Source: an uncultured Eubacteriales bacterium (GTDB lineage Bacteria > Bacillota > Clostridia > Christensenellales > UBA1242). Taken from it: 64,000 nucleotides of DNA. The translations under genes and the position numbers were made by a program. The notes under the pieces were generated by a model. The model searched no databases, was not told where the DNA came from, and was given only the letters and a program-made list of their open reading frames with translations. The first letter of the stretch is position 1. Each line of letters opens with the position of its first letter. The stretch lies in assembly GCA_949001935.1 (NCBI GenBank), contig CARJLX010000001.1:195231-259230 (forward strand), written 5' to 3'. Shown here piece after piece: positions 1-10,029 of this stretch.

Positions 1-100
1 TTCATATCTTAAAATGAATAACCTTATGGATTGTGATGTACGTTTTGATGTTATTGAAGTGATTGGAGATAATGTCAATTTAATTGAAAATGCCTTTTAG
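1..100 (+). CDS. 3' end of a YraN/UPF0102-family endonuclease-like protein (partial, begins upstream of window)
   Basis: The frame starting at nt 2 reads ...MDCDVRFDVIEVIGDNVNLIENAF*. The RFDVI...IENAF ending is typical of UPF0102/YraN proteins. Confidence 0.55.
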   Translation, partial: SYLKMNNLMDCDVRFDVIEVIGDNVNLIENAF

Positions 101-125
101 ACAACTAAAATTTGTATTTATCAAA

Positions 126-154
126 AAAAGATTGCTTTTCGGCAATCTTTTTTA
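126..154. terminator. Hairpin plus T-run between convergent genes
   Basis: agattgc / gcaatct stem flanked by an A-run and a T-run (aaaaaagattgcttttcggcaatctttttt). Confidence 0.5.
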
Positions 155-724
155 TATATTGATTTCTTTTAATATGTATTTCGACCAGTCTTCCAAATTT
201 GGATTTTGTTTTACTTTAGCTATATCTACAAATTCGGCTTTGCCATCAGTAAATTTAGGCTCAAATTCTTCTTCAAGTAGAATTGTATGCATTGCACCAA
301 AATGTTGTGAAGTTTTAAGTTCTGTTTGCTGATATATTATGTAAGATTTTAAATAAGCTTCACAGTTCATATAAATATCAATCCCTAATTCTTCCTTAAT
401 TTCTCTTCTTGTTCCATTTAAAAGGGCAGTGGTATTTGAAAAATCCTTATCTACTTTATCAAGATGTCCACCTACATATAGCAAAGTTTTTCTTTTTTCT
501 GGAGAGTTTTCTTTCCCAACATTCTTGTCGCTTTTGCGAAGTGTTAAAATTTTGCCAGACTTGGTGAGTAAGATTCCTGCACAAACAGGCTGAACTGCAT
601 TGTTCATTTCTTCTACTTTGCTTCTTTCGTCAAAGTGTAAAATATGTTTGTCGCAAATATTAATGTCATTTATTCCAGTTTGTAATTTTATTGCTGTTTT
701 ATAATAAAATCCAATCTTTTCCAT
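152..724 (-). CDS. Nudix-family hydrolase (divergent)
   Basis: Nudix-box-like GGHLDKV...GTRREIKEELGI (REx2EExG core). AGGAG RBS upstream of the ATG at 724. Confidence 0.6.
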   Translation of the reverse strand: MEKIGFYYKTAIKLQTGINDINICDKHILHFDERSKVEEMNNAVQPVCAGILLTKSGKILTLRKSDKNVGKENSPEKRKTLLYVGGHLDKVDKDFSNTTALLNGTRREIKEELGIDIYMNCEAYLKSYIIYQQTELKTSQHFGAMHTILLEEEFEPKFTDGKAEFVDIAKVKQNPNLEDWSKYILKEINI

Positions 725-830
725 AACAACTCCTAAAAATATTATAACATAGATTTTTCTGTTGTCAATAGCGGATTTTAAAGTTATAAAAAATAAATTT
801 TAGGCAAAAATCAAACAAAAGGGAGGAATT

Positions 831-1349
831 ATGAAAAAAGTTTTGATTTGTTTTATATTGGGGCTTATGATTTTTGCCAGCGGAGCAACCTTTTTTGGTT
901 GCGAAAATGCAACTGAGATAAAAGCAGTTTCTATAACAGAAATAACTTCTGCTGGAAGCGATAATTATGGAATAAGAATTTCTTATCAGGATGACAAGCG
1001 AATTGAAAAGAAGGGTACAGATATTCAAGTGAAATGCGATAGAAAGATAGACAATGTAGTGATTTGGCATGAAGGACAGGAGAAAAAGAGTATAGCATTT
1101 GGCGAAAAAGATAAATGGTATAGCTTAACAACATTACTTGCTTTTGCTGATAATAAACCTAATACGGAGAAATTTGAAGAGTTTGGACAGGCTTTAACAA
1201 AAACTTTGCTTTTCAATAGTCAAGAAAAGATAAAATTAACATTTAGGGTAGTTGTAGGGGATGTTGAACCTAATATACAAGGCTCAGGTGAGGTTTTAAC
1301 AGGTTCAACGGATGTTTCAAATGAATTTGTTTTAAAATTTAATCAATAA
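831..1349 (+). CDS. Hypothetical lipoprotein
   Basis: Signal peptide with lipobox-like ATFFGC. GGGAGG RBS. No recognisable domain. Confidence 0.6.
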   Translation: MKKVLICFILGLMIFASGATFFGCENATEIKAVSITEITSAGSDNYGIRISYQDDKRIEKKGTDIQVKCDRKIDNVVIWHEGQEKKSIAFGEKDKWYSLTTLLAFADNKPNTEKFEEFGQALTKTLLFNSQEKIKLTFRVVVGDVEPNIQGSGEVLTGSTDVSNEFVLKFNQ

Positions 1350-1448
1350 TCATTATATTTTGAAAGAAAAGTTTGTAAAAGTAAATTAATTTTTAAATTT
1401 GCTTTTATTTTTTTGTAAATTATAGTAGAATACATAAAGGAGAACTTT

Positions 1449-2093
1449 ATGCTACAGGTAAAAAATTTATATTTGAAGTATACAAGAGAGTACTTTGCTC
1501 TTTATGATATCAATATGGATATTGAACAAGGCGAAAGTGTTGCTCTTGTTGGTGAGGATGAAAGTGGGAAGACTTCTCTTTTAAGAGTGCTTGCTAAGCT
1601 TGAAAAGCCAAGTAAGGGGAATGTTTATATCAAAGATATCCCTCTCAAAAAACTTAATTATAAAACAGACATCTCTGCTGGTTATGTACCTGCAACACCT
1701 GTTTTCTTAGAGAGAAAAACTGTGTATGAAAATTTTAAGTATATTTTGAAAGAACGAGGTTTCAGTGAAAGTGAAATTGAAAATAAGATTAACAATGTTT
1801 TAATTGAGTTTTCTATTGAAAAGCTTAAAGACCAAAAGGTGAGTGAACTCACATTAGAAGAAAAATATGTTTTATCTTTTATTAGATTATCTTTCCGCGA
1901 ACTTGAACTTATAATGGTTGATAATATTTTTGATAACATCAGTGAAGGCACGCAAGAGGCTATATTTAACTTGATAAAACAATTAAAAACAAAAAATACT
2001 ACACTTTTACTTGCTACAACTAAACCAGAAATTGCAAGTAAAATTTGTAAACGTAAAATTTTCTTTAAAAATGGTTCAATTGTTAATGAATAA
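1449..2093 (+). CDS. ABC-transporter ATP-binding-protein-like, degenerate motifs
   Basis: Walker A GEDESGKTS is present. The LSGGQ signature position reads LTLEEK, and Walker B reads LIMVDNIF (Asn where the catalytic Glu is expected). AAGGAG RBS. Confidence 0.7.
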   Translation: MLQVKNLYLKYTREYFALYDINMDIEQGESVALVGEDESGKTSLLRVLAKLEKPSKGNVYIKDIPLKKLNYKTDISAGYVPATPVFLERKTVYENFKYILKERGFSESEIENKINNVLIEFSIEKLKDQKVSELTLEEKYVLSFIRLSFRELELIMVDNIFDNISEGTQEAIFNLIKQLKTKNTTLLLATTKPEIASKICKRKIFFKNGSIVNE

Positions 2094-2121
2094 AAAAGAT
2101 GAATGTTTTAGTTCATCCTTT

Positions 2122-2544
2122 TTATAATATTTCATTTTTAGGTATTTCGCCTTCGGTGACGACAATCTCTTGTTGAGGTGTGTCTTTTTTTTCATCCTCT
2201 TTTTTCTTTTTATTTAGCGAGGAAAAAAGGTCTAGAAGATTGTTTGCATCTCCGCTTGAATTATTTTGAGTTGAAAGGAGGGAAGATAACATATCTAGAT
2301 TATTACTTTCGCCTTTATTCCCCATCATAGAAAGAAGAAGGGGAAGTAGATTGTTCCCGCCTAGACTTTTATTTAGATTAGAGGATTGAGGTGTTTGATT
2401 ATCAAAATTATTTGATTGATTGTTTGTTGAATATGCCTCAACTGGATATAGTGGTGGTGTGTTTTGAGGTTTTGTATTTGCTTGAGGCTGATTGTTATTT
2501 CCACCTAACATTGAGGTGAGTGTTTGTAAAATATTGTTTTCCAT
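2122..2544 (-). CDS. Hypothetical N/Q/S-rich low-complexity protein
   Basis: 140-aa ORF, no signal peptide, repeated LLxLLSS-like motifs. Divergent from the 2624 gene. Confidence 0.45.
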   Translation of the reverse strand: MENNILQTLTSMLGGNNNQPQANTKPQNTPPLYPVEAYSTNNQSNNFDNQTPQSSNLNKSLGGNNLLPLLLSMMGNKGESNNLDMLSSLLSTQNNSSGDANNLLDLFSSLNKKKKEDEKKDTPQQEIVVTEGEIPKNEIL

Positions 2545-2623
2545 ATTGATATATATTCCAATTTATTAAATTTTAGTGCAACAATTTTTGATAGTGGCAA
2601 CATATAATGCCATAGGAGGTTTT

Positions 2624-2932
2624 ATGAAAGGGAATTTGTCTGGATTTGGAGATAAAGAAATAAAAGGAAAAAATATAAATTCTAGAGTTGATAATAATAT
2701 TAATTCTAAATTAAATTCAAATATTCAAGATGATGTTTTAAAGCAATATGAAAATATAAAAAACATGTCGCAAAGTGAGGCTCAAAATCAATTGTTTAAT
2801 GAAGTGTTAAAACAAAAACAAAATGGCACTTTTAATTTTGAGGGACTTTCAAAACAAGTTGAAAGTTTGAAGGGGTATTTGCCAGAAAAAGATTATAACA
2901 ACTTAAAAAAATTGTTAGAGAGTTTACGATGA
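2624..2932 (+). CDS. Hypothetical small N/K-rich protein, translationally coupled to the downstream subtilase
   Basis: AGGAGG RBS at 2614-2619 supports the ATG at 2624 rather than the ORF-track start at 2576. The stop overlaps the subtilase ATG (ATGA at 2929). Confidence 0.5.
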   Translation: MKGNLSGFGDKEIKGKNINSRVDNNINSKLNSNIQDDVLKQYENIKNMSQSEAQNQLFNEVLKQKQNGTFNFEGLSKQVESLKGYLPEKDYNNLKKLLESLR

Positions 2933-4068
2933 ATTTAGACAAAATTGATAAAAGTTTGCTCAGCAAAGTGACAACATTTTCTTCAAACAATAACATTGAA
3001 TGTATAGTCAAAGTCAACAATATTGATAGAACTAGAAAATATTTTTTACATAGAAAAATAAAAATTCTACATGAATATTTATTCATAAATTCCTTTAAAA
3101 TACTTGTTAATAAAAAGCAACTTTTTCAAATTTCCTCTCTTACAAGCGTGAGTAAAATTTATTCTATCACTAGTGCTTGTGCAATGATTGATGTATCAAA
3201 AGAAATTTTAGGTGTTGACAAAACAGATTTAACTGGTCATGGTGTGACAGTTGCTTTTATTGACACAGGTATTTTTTCGCATGCGGATTTTCTTATCGGG
3301 CGTAATAGAATTAAGTTTTTTAAAGATTTTGTTTTAAATAAAAAACACAACTATGATGACAACGGACATGGCACTTTTGTAGCAGGTGTTTGTAGTGGGA
3401 GTGGAATTTTATCTGGAGGAGTTTATAGTGGGGTTGCTCCTCAAGTTGATATAATTTCCCTTAAAGCCCTGAATGGCTTAGGTGAGGCTTCTGCAGATAA
3501 AATTTTGGATGCTATGGAATGGGTTTTTGATAATCATAAAAAGTTTAATATCAAAGTTGTTTGTATGAGTTTCGGTAGTGAACCTTTAGGCTATAATGAT
3601 CCTATCATGAGTGGGGCTGAAGCTCTATGGAGAGAAGGTGTGACTGTTGTTGCAGCGGCTGGTAATAGTGGGCCAGAATATCAAACAATCAAAAGTCCTG
3701 GAGTAAGCAGTCAAATTATTACTGTTGGTGGTTTCGATGATAACCGAATTGATGGAAAATTTCAAGAGAGTTTTTTTGAAATTGCTGATTTTTCTTCACG
3801 AGGTCCTGCATTTAAAAGGTATAAGCCAGATCTTGTTGCTCCATCTGTTGATATTGTATCCTGTGGAATTTCAAAGTTTTATACAACTCTTAGCGGAACA
3901 AGTGTTGCTACACCAATGATTGCAGGAATTGCATGTTTACTTTTGGAAGCAAAGCCAAATTTAACACCTATGCAGATAAAACAAACTTTAATTTCGGCCT
4001 GTCGTCCTATAACTTTAAATCATAATTTTGAAGGATATGGCTATCCTAACTTTAAAAATTTGATATAA
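2929..4068 (+). CDS. Subtilisin-like serine protease (peptidase S8) with an I9-like N-terminal prodomain and no signal peptide
   Basis: Catalytic motifs in D-H-S order: AFIDTGI, HGTFVAG, AAAGNSGP (oxyanion Asn), GTSVATPMIAG. Confidence 0.9.
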   Translation: MNLDKIDKSLLSKVTTFSSNNNIECIVKVNNIDRTRKYFLHRKIKILHEYLFINSFKILVNKKQLFQISSLTSVSKIYSITSACAMIDVSKEILGVDKTDLTGHGVTVAFIDTGIFSHADFLIGRNRIKFFKDFVLNKKHNYDDNGHGTFVAGVCSGSGILSGGVYSGVAPQVDIISLKALNGLGEASADKILDAMEWVFDNHKKFNIKVVCMSFGSEPLGYNDPIMSGAEALWREGVTVVAAAGNSGPEYQTIKSPGVSSQIITVGGFDDNRIDGKFQESFFEIADFSSRGPAFKRYKPDLVAPSVDIVSCGISKFYTTLSGTSVATPMIAGIACLLLEAKPNLTPMQIKQTLISACRPITLNHNFEGYGYPNFKNLI

Positions 4069-4070
4069 AA

Positions 4071-4097
4071 ATACCATGCTAATTACATGGTATTTTT
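4071..4097. terminator. Bidirectional rho-independent terminator
   Basis: ataccatg / catggtat 8-bp stem followed by a T-run, between convergent genes. Confidence 0.7.
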
Positions 4098-4099
4098 AA

Positions 4100-5158
4100 T
4101 TAACCTAAAGGATTCTTCTTTTCAACTGTTTTAATAATTTCGACTATTTTTTCACAAGAATTAAAATTTTGAGTTAAATTCATATTTTTTTTGATTTTTT
4201 CATTGTTTTTAATCAAATTATCTAGTTTCATTAAAAACTTTTCTATATTATATTCCTCTTCTTGTAAAATATCTGCATTGCCCATATTTGCAAATAGTTT
4301 TGCATTTTCTATTTGATCACCGCGAGAACAAGATTTTGAAAGGGGAATTAAAAGTGCGGGAATTCTAAGAGCAAGAAGTTCATTGATTACTCCTGATCCT
4401 GCACGAGAAATTGCGTAGTCTGCAAAAGCATAATAATCGCCAATATTTTCAGCATACCTCACCTGAAGATAATTTTTATTTGTATGAGTTTCTTTTGCTT
4501 GTTTTCCTGCGATATGAACAACATTAAATTTTTTAGTTAACTCTTCTAAATTCTCCCATACTTTTTCGTTTATAAACTTTGCTCCCAAAGACCCACCTAT
4601 AACAAGTAGGTTTGGCAGTCGTCTATCAAAATCGCCTTGCTCTAAAATTTTGCTTCTATTTCCTTTAAATACCTTAGCTCGAATAGGTTGCCCTGTGAAA
4701 ACACATTTTTTTCTTTTTGCAGTTTGTTTAAAACTTGTGCACATAACATCGCATCTTTTTAAAATTATTTTGTTTGCAAGCCCAAAGGAAAGATCGCTTT
4801 CATGACTTACTATAGGAATGCCAAGTTTTCTTCCTGCTATAACAGTTGGAACAGAAACAAAACCACCTTTAGAAAAAATTACATTAGGTTTGATTTCTTT
4901 TAAAACTTTTTTTGCATCATGAATAGCTTTGACGAGTTTGAATGGGATAAGCAAATTTTTAGGTGTTAACTTTCTCTCTAGTTTTACTGCGGAAATTTCA
5001 TGAAAAGTTATTGTTTTTTCATTGGCTAATATTTCTTTTTCCATTCCGCTTCCGCCAATAAAATGAACTTGATAATCTTTATCTAAATTTTCGCTTACTG
5101 CTAGTGCAGGGTAGATATGCCCAGCGGTACCTCCGCCAGTTAAAACAATCTTCTTCAT
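4100..5158 (-). CDS. murG: Undecaprenyldiphospho-muramoylpentapeptide beta-N-acetylglucosaminyltransferase
   Basis: N-terminal GGGTAGHIYPALAV, C-terminal RAGSGVINELLAL..P and overall GT28 layout. AAGGAG RBS. Confidence 0.9.
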   Translation of the reverse strand: MKKIVLTGGGTAGHIYPALAVSENLDKDYQVHFIGGSGMEKEILANEKTITFHEISAVKLERKLTPKNLLIPFKLVKAIHDAKKVLKEIKPNVIFSKGGFVSVPTVIAGRKLGIPIVSHESDLSFGLANKIILKRCDVMCTSFKQTAKRKKCVFTGQPIRAKVFKGNRSKILEQGDFDRRLPNLLVIGGSLGAKFINEKVWENLEELTKKFNVVHIAGKQAKETHTNKNYLQVRYAENIGDYYAFADYAISRAGSGVINELLALRIPALLIPLSKSCSRGDQIENAKLFANMGNADILQEEEYNIEKFLMKLDNLIKNNEKIKKNMNLTQNFNSCEKIVEIIKTVEKKNPLG

Positions 5159-5359
5159 CTCTATTTCTCCTTTATATATTTTACGCTAAAACTTTCAAAA
5201 TTATTTTAAATGAATAAATATACAAATAAATAGATAAATATGCAATTATTTAAATTTTAGTTTAATTAAAAATAAATCGCAATTTTTGCACATTTTGTTT
5301 TTAATTTTTTTAAATTTTTGCTATACTTAATATATAAAATTAATTTTATAGGAGTTTTC

Positions 5360-7315
5360 ATGGCTGAACAAAATTATGATTCAAAAGACATTGTTGTCCT
5401 TGAAGGACTAGACGCTGTTAGATTGCGTCCTGGTATGTATATTGGTACAACCGGAATTAAAGGTTTGCATCATTTACTTTGGGAGATTGTGGACAATGCG
5501 ATTGATGAAATTGCAAATGGATATGGAGATACAATTTCTATAACTTTAAATAAAGATGGATCAGCAACTGTTGAAGATAATGGTCGTGGTATTCCAGTAG
5601 ATATGCACCCAACTCTTCACAAAAGTGGTGTAGAAGTTGTTTACACTACATTACATGCTGGTGGAAAGTTTAATAATAACAATTACAAATTTTCTGGTGG
5701 CTTACACGGCGTTGGTGCGTCTGTGACAAATGCATTGTCAAAATGGTGTAAGGTGGAAGTTTTTAAAAATGGTAAGCAATATGAAATTGCCTTCCATTCA
5801 TATAAAGACGAAACTGGTAAAATGCATAGTGGGAAAGCAGAGTATCCTTTGCGTGAAGTTGGAACAACAAAGAAGTCTGGAACTAGGGTGTCATTCCTTC
5901 CAGACAGTGAAATGTTTGGAAATTTAACTTTTGTTTATGAAACTATTGCAGTTAGAGCAAGAGAACTTGCTTTCTTAAATAAGGGGTTAAGGCTTGTTTT
6001 GAGTGATGAACGAAGTGGCAATCAGGAAACTTTCCATTATGAGGGTGGTATTGCAGATTTTGTTACCTATTTGGTTGAAGGTAAAAACAAGATGTTTTCT
6101 AAACCAGTGTATTTCCATGCAGAAGACAAGAATTTTGATTTAGAAGTAGCATTTATCTATACGGATTCATATACAGAAAACTCTTTCTCGTTTGTAAATA
6201 ACATTCCTACTATTGAAGGTGGAACTCATGAAACAGGTTTCAAGTCTGCTTTTACAAAGGTGATGAACGATTATGCTAGAAGCGAAGGGTATTTAAAAGA
6301 CAAGGAAGACAACCTTTATGGTGAGGATTTCCGTGAAGGTATAACTGTAGTACTTAATGTTAAAATGAACAATGTCCAATTTGAAGGACAAACCAAAACA
6401 AAACTTGGCAATCCTGAAGCTAAAACATTGGTTGAAAGTTTAACAATTAAAGAAATGACCAAATTCCTTGCAGAAAAAAAGAACTCAACTATGGCTGAGG
6501 TTATTGTTAATAAAGCTAAAGGTGCAGCAAAAGTTAGACTTGCAGCTAAAAAAGCTAAAGAATTGACTCGTGCCAAAAACTCTGCAGAAAATTTTAATTT
6601 GGTGGGTAAACTTGCGGCTTCAACTTCGCGTAATCGTGAGAAAAATGAGCTTTTTATTGTTGAGGGAGATTCGGCTGGTGGCAGTGCTAAACAGGGGCGT
6701 GATAGACGGTTCCAAGCTATCTTGCCACTTAGAGGTAAGCCACTTAATGCAGAAAAGAAGCGTATCGACCAAGTACTTGCAAACGAAGAAATAAGAACCA
6801 TTATTAGTGCATTAGATACGGGCTTTGGTGAAGATTTTGATTTGTCTACTCTTAGATATAACAAAGTTATTATTCTTTCAGATGCCGATCAAGATGGTGC
6901 TCATATTAGAGCCATACTTTTAACTTTTTTCTTCCGTTATATGCGAGAACTTATTAATGATGGTCATGTTTATATTGGTATGCCTCCTTTATATAAGGTT
7001 TATAAGAAGGATTATTGTGAGTATGTTTATTCTGATGCAGAACTGCCTTCTGCTATTTCTAGAGCGGGTAAAAATTATTTAATTCAACGATATAAAGGTC
7101 TTGGCGAGATGAACCCAGAACAACTTTGGGAAACTACAATGGATCCAGATCACCGTACTCTTGTTCAAGTTACTATTGAGGATGCTGCTGAGGCTGAAAA
7201 AATGGTGACGACTTTGATGGGAGATAATATTGAAGCTAGAAAGGCGTATATCAATCAACATGCAAACTTTGATCGCGAGGATGATTTTATAAAAAATTAT
7301 AAAGATGTAAAATGA
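5360..7315 (+). CDS. parE: Type IIA DNA topoisomerase subunit B (GyrB/ParE family; ParE favoured because the partner is ParC-like)
   Basis: VLEGLDAVRLRPGMYIGTT, GHKL ATPase motifs, EGDSAGGSAKQGRDRRFQAILPLRGK, DADQDGAHI (Toprim). GGAG RBS supports the ATG at 5360, not 5318. Confidence 0.9.
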   Translation: MAEQNYDSKDIVVLEGLDAVRLRPGMYIGTTGIKGLHHLLWEIVDNAIDEIANGYGDTISITLNKDGSATVEDNGRGIPVDMHPTLHKSGVEVVYTTLHAGGKFNNNNYKFSGGLHGVGASVTNALSKWCKVEVFKNGKQYEIAFHSYKDETGKMHSGKAEYPLREVGTTKKSGTRVSFLPDSEMFGNLTFVYETIAVRARELAFLNKGLRLVLSDERSGNQETFHYEGGIADFVTYLVEGKNKMFSKPVYFHAEDKNFDLEVAFIYTDSYTENSFSFVNNIPTIEGGTHETGFKSAFTKVMNDYARSEGYLKDKEDNLYGEDFREGITVVLNVKMNNVQFEGQTKTKLGNPEAKTLVESLTIKEMTKFLAEKKNSTMAEVIVNKAKGAAKVRLAAKKAKELTRAKNSAENFNLVGKLAASTSRNREKNELFIVEGDSAGGSAKQGRDRRFQAILPLRGKPLNAEKKRIDQVLANEEIRTIISALDTGFGEDFDLSTLRYNKVIILSDADQDGAHIRAILLTFFFRYMRELINDGHVYIGMPPLYKVYKKDYCEYVYSDAELPSAISRAGKNYLIQRYKGLGEMNPEQLWETTMDPDHRTLVQVTIEDAAEAEKMVTTLMGDNIEARKAYINQHANFDREDDFIKNYKDVK

Positions 7316-7386
7316 AATTTTTTGAGTTGAGATTGAAAAAGATTTAAACAAAATTATGGCAAATTTTGCCACAAATAGAGGTTTAT

Positions 7387-9891
7387 ATGAGTGAGAATAA
7401 TGAAAATATAGTTGATGGACAAACAAGTTTATTTGATAACGAAGAAAGCAAAATTGTAGATCAATGGGGACTTGAAAATAATGGAAATGACAACGGCGAA
7501 GGTAGTGACGGAATTGTCACAAAATCTCTTCGTGCTGTTTTGCATGAGTCTATGATTCCTTATACCGAAACCGTTGTTATGGATAGAGCTTTGCCAAGAG
7601 TTGAGGATGGACTTAAGCCTGTTCAACGCAGAATTTTGTATGCTATGCTTGAACTTGGCATGACGCCAGATAAACCTTATCGTAAATCTGCTCGTCTTGT
7701 TGGTGACTGTTTGGGTAAATATCATCCACATGGCGATAGTTCTGTTTATGACGCAATGTGTCGTATGTCGCAAAACTTTGTTCTTCGTGCTCCACTGGTA
7801 GACGGACATGGAAACTTTGGTTCTATTGATGGTGACAGCCCAGCAGCTATGCGTTATACCGAGGCTAGAATGGCACCACTTGCTCTTGAACTTCTTCGTG
7901 ATTTAGACAAAGATACAGTTAGATGGAGTTTAAACTTTGACGATACATTAAAAGAACCTGATATGCTTCCAGGGCGTTTCCCAAATCTTTTGGTTAATGG
8001 TGCATCTGGTATTGCCGTTGGTGTGGCAACAAATATACCTCCACATAACTTAGGCGAGGTAATTGATGGTGTTGTTGCCTATATTGATAATAACAATATA
8101 ACTTTGAAAGATATGATGAAAATTATCAAAGGCCCAGACTTCCCAACTGGTGGTGATCTTTTATTAGGAGAGGGTATTGAAACTGCTTATCAAACTGGTA
8201 AGGGTAAGATTATAATGCGTGCAAAGGTTTCAACTGAAGTCAATGGCGATAAAACTAATATTGTTATAACAGAGTTACCTTATCAGGTAAATAAGGCTCA
8301 ATTATTACAAAAAATTGCAGAACTCAAAGAAAACGAAAAAGAAAAATATGCCGCTATTCAGGAAATTCGTGACGAGAGTGATAGAACTGGTATGCGTGCG
8401 GTTATTCGTCTTAAAAAAGATGCTAAACCTAAAAAGATATTGGAAAATTTATATAAATCAACAGCCTTGCAATCATCTTTTGGTATAAACATGGTTGCAA
8501 TTGCTGGGGGAAAGCCTAAACAACTAGGACTTTTAGAAATAATTTCATACTACACAGCTTATCAGCGAGAGATTATTATTCGAAGAACTAAATATGATCT
8601 TAATGCAGCAAAAGAAAGGGCTCATATTGTTGAAGGCTTATTGATTGCTATTAAAAATATTGATGAAGTTATTAAAATTATTAAAAAGTCGGCTAGTGTA
8701 AGTGAAGCTAAACAAAAACTCCGTGCAAGATTTAATTTATTAGAAAAACAAGCCCAAGCTATATTAGATATGCGGCTTGCAAGACTTGTTAATTTAGAGG
8801 TTAGCAAACTTGAAGAAGAGTTGAAAGAACTTAAAGCTAAAATTCAACTTTATGAAAAGATTTTAGGTTCAAAGCGGCTTCAATTGGATGTTGTTAAAAC
8901 CGAACTACTTGAAATTAAGAAAAAATTTGCAAACCCTCGTCGTAGTCGTATTTTAAAATCAGATGATATCAAGTTTGATGATACTCCTTCTTCAACTGGT
9001 CATGATGGAGATGATAAAGGCTATGTTGTGGCAATCTCAGCAGGGCATACTATAAAAAAAGTAAGTGCTAAAAATTATTCAATGTCACAAAAAACTTTGA
9101 GTGATAATTCAAGTTTAACTGATGTTCATAGTCAGGTTGTAACTTATTCTGCTAATGAAAGTATCTTAATGTTCACAAATTATGGAAATTGTTTAAAGAT
9201 ACAGGTGGATAAAATCAAGGAATGCAAGTGGAGAGATAAAGGCATTGCCTTATCAAGTTTAGACAAAGGTGCAAAAAATGATGAATTTGTTATTTCATTT
9301 ATGACAATTCCAAAAGATGGAGATTTATTATTCTTTACTAAGTTTGGTATGATAAAAAAATCGCTTGCAAGCGAATGTGTGGTTAATAAATCCTTCTATC
9401 AAGTGGTTAAACTTAATGATAATGATCAACTTATTGGTGTTGAACTTGATAAACAAGGCAAGGGTGTTTTAATGTTGACTAAACTTGGAATGTCACTGAA
9501 CTTTGAAAAGAGTGAAGTCCCAACACAAGGGCGTATTTCGGGTGGCGTTAAAGGTATCAATTTAGATGATGGAGATTATGTCATCTTTGCATCACAAACA
9601 GATTTTGGTACAGTTGTTGCCGTAACAAATAATGGCTATATTAAAAAGCTCAGTTTGGCTGAGTTCCCATTGTCACAAAGATATAGAAAGGGATTGAAGT
9701 ATTTCAATTTCGCAAAAGGTGCTAATGAAGTTGTTTATGCATGCCAAGGAGATAAAACTACGCTAGCGGTAGATTTCGGTTTAAAAATTCTTCCTTTAGA
9801 AACTAAAAAAGTGCCAGAAAGTGACCGCTTGACTGTAGGAAATGAAATAATCAAAAAGAAATTTTTCAGTATTAACATTTTTGTAAACTAA
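7387..9891 (+). CDS. parC: Type IIA DNA topoisomerase subunit A (GyrA/ParC family; ParC-like features)
   Basis: [14 protein letters not shown] (Gln as in ParC; GyrA normally has His), [21 protein letters not shown]. The C-terminal domain lacks a QRRGGKG GyrA-box and has ParC-like CKWRDKG and [20 protein letters not shown] before the ATG at 7387. Confidence 0.9.
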   Translation: MSENNENIVDGQTSLFDNEESKIVDQWGLENNGNDNGEGSDGIVTKSLRAVLHESMIPYTETVVMDRALPRVEDGLKPVQRRILYAMLELGMTPDKPYRKSARLVGDCLGKYHPHGDSSVYDAMCRMSQNFVLRAPLVDGHGNFGSIDGDSPAAMRYTEARMAPLALELLRDLDKDTVRWSLNFDDTLKEPDMLPGRFPNLLVNGASGIAVGVATNIPPHNLGEVIDGVVAYIDNNNITLKDMMKIIKGPDFPTGGDLLLGEGIETAYQTGKGKIIMRAKVSTEVNGDKTNIVITELPYQVNKAQLLQKIAELKENEKEKYAAIQEIRDESDRTGMRAVIRLKKDAKPKKILENLYKSTALQSSFGINMVAIAGGKPKQLGLLEIISYYTAYQREIIIRRTKYDLNAAKERAHIVEGLLIAIKNIDEVIKIIKKSASVSEAKQKLRARFNLLEKQAQAILDMRLARLVNLEVSKLEEELKELKAKIQLYEKILGSKRLQLDVVKTELLEIKKKFANPRRSRILKSDDIKFDDTPSSTGHDGDDKGYVVAISAGHTIKKVSAKNYSMSQKTLSDNSSLTDVHSQVVTYSANESILMFTNYGNCLKIQVDKIKECKWRDKGIALSSLDKGAKNDEFVISFMTIPKDGDLLFFTKFGMIKKSLASECVVNKSFYQVVKLNDNDQLIGVELDKQGKGVLMLTKLGMSLNFEKSEVPTQGRISGGVKGINLDDGDYVIFASQTDFGTVVAVTNNGYIKKLSLAEFPLSQRYRKGLKYFNFAKGANEVVYACQGDKTTLAVDFGLKILPLETKKVPESDRLTVGNEIIKKKFFSINIFVN

Positions 9892-9905
9892 AAGTTAATT
9901 ATATA

Positions 9906-9932
9906 AAAAGACGATATTTTATCGTCTTTTTT
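9906..9932 (+). terminator. Rho-independent terminator
   Basis: aaaagacgat / atcgtctttt 10-bp stem followed by a T-run. Confidence 0.8.
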
Positions 9933-10029
9933 GATTATATAGTATAGTAGAGGGTTGTATTGTTTCATTAATTTTAATAAAGTTTTGTTTGTGCTTGTTT
10001 TTTTTATTATTTTTTGGTAAAATAATTTT

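Noticed and set aside
5159-5359. The AT-rich murG/parE divergent intergenic region contains repeated AAATAAATA-like words. I considered an origin-like or DnaA-box cluster.
   Set aside because: There is no TTATCCACA/TGTGGATAA-like box. The repeats look like generic AT-rich promoter DNA.
5318-5359. N-terminal extensions suggested by the ORF track: 5318, 7366, 11814, 15808, 16803, 20081, 31108, 35555, 44852, 50276, 53748.
   Set aside because: In each case a downstream ATG or GTG is preceded by a much better Shine-Dalgarno sequence, and it yields the N-terminus expected for the family.
6316-6864. Long antisense ORFs inside well-supported genes: this one in parE, and also 7429-7809, 33799-34101, 43463-43927, 49759-50151, 61997-62350 and 63480-63767.
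   Set aside because: They lie entirely opposite strongly conserved coding frames, have Ser/Leu/Ile-rich compositions typical of shadow frames, and lack an RBS.
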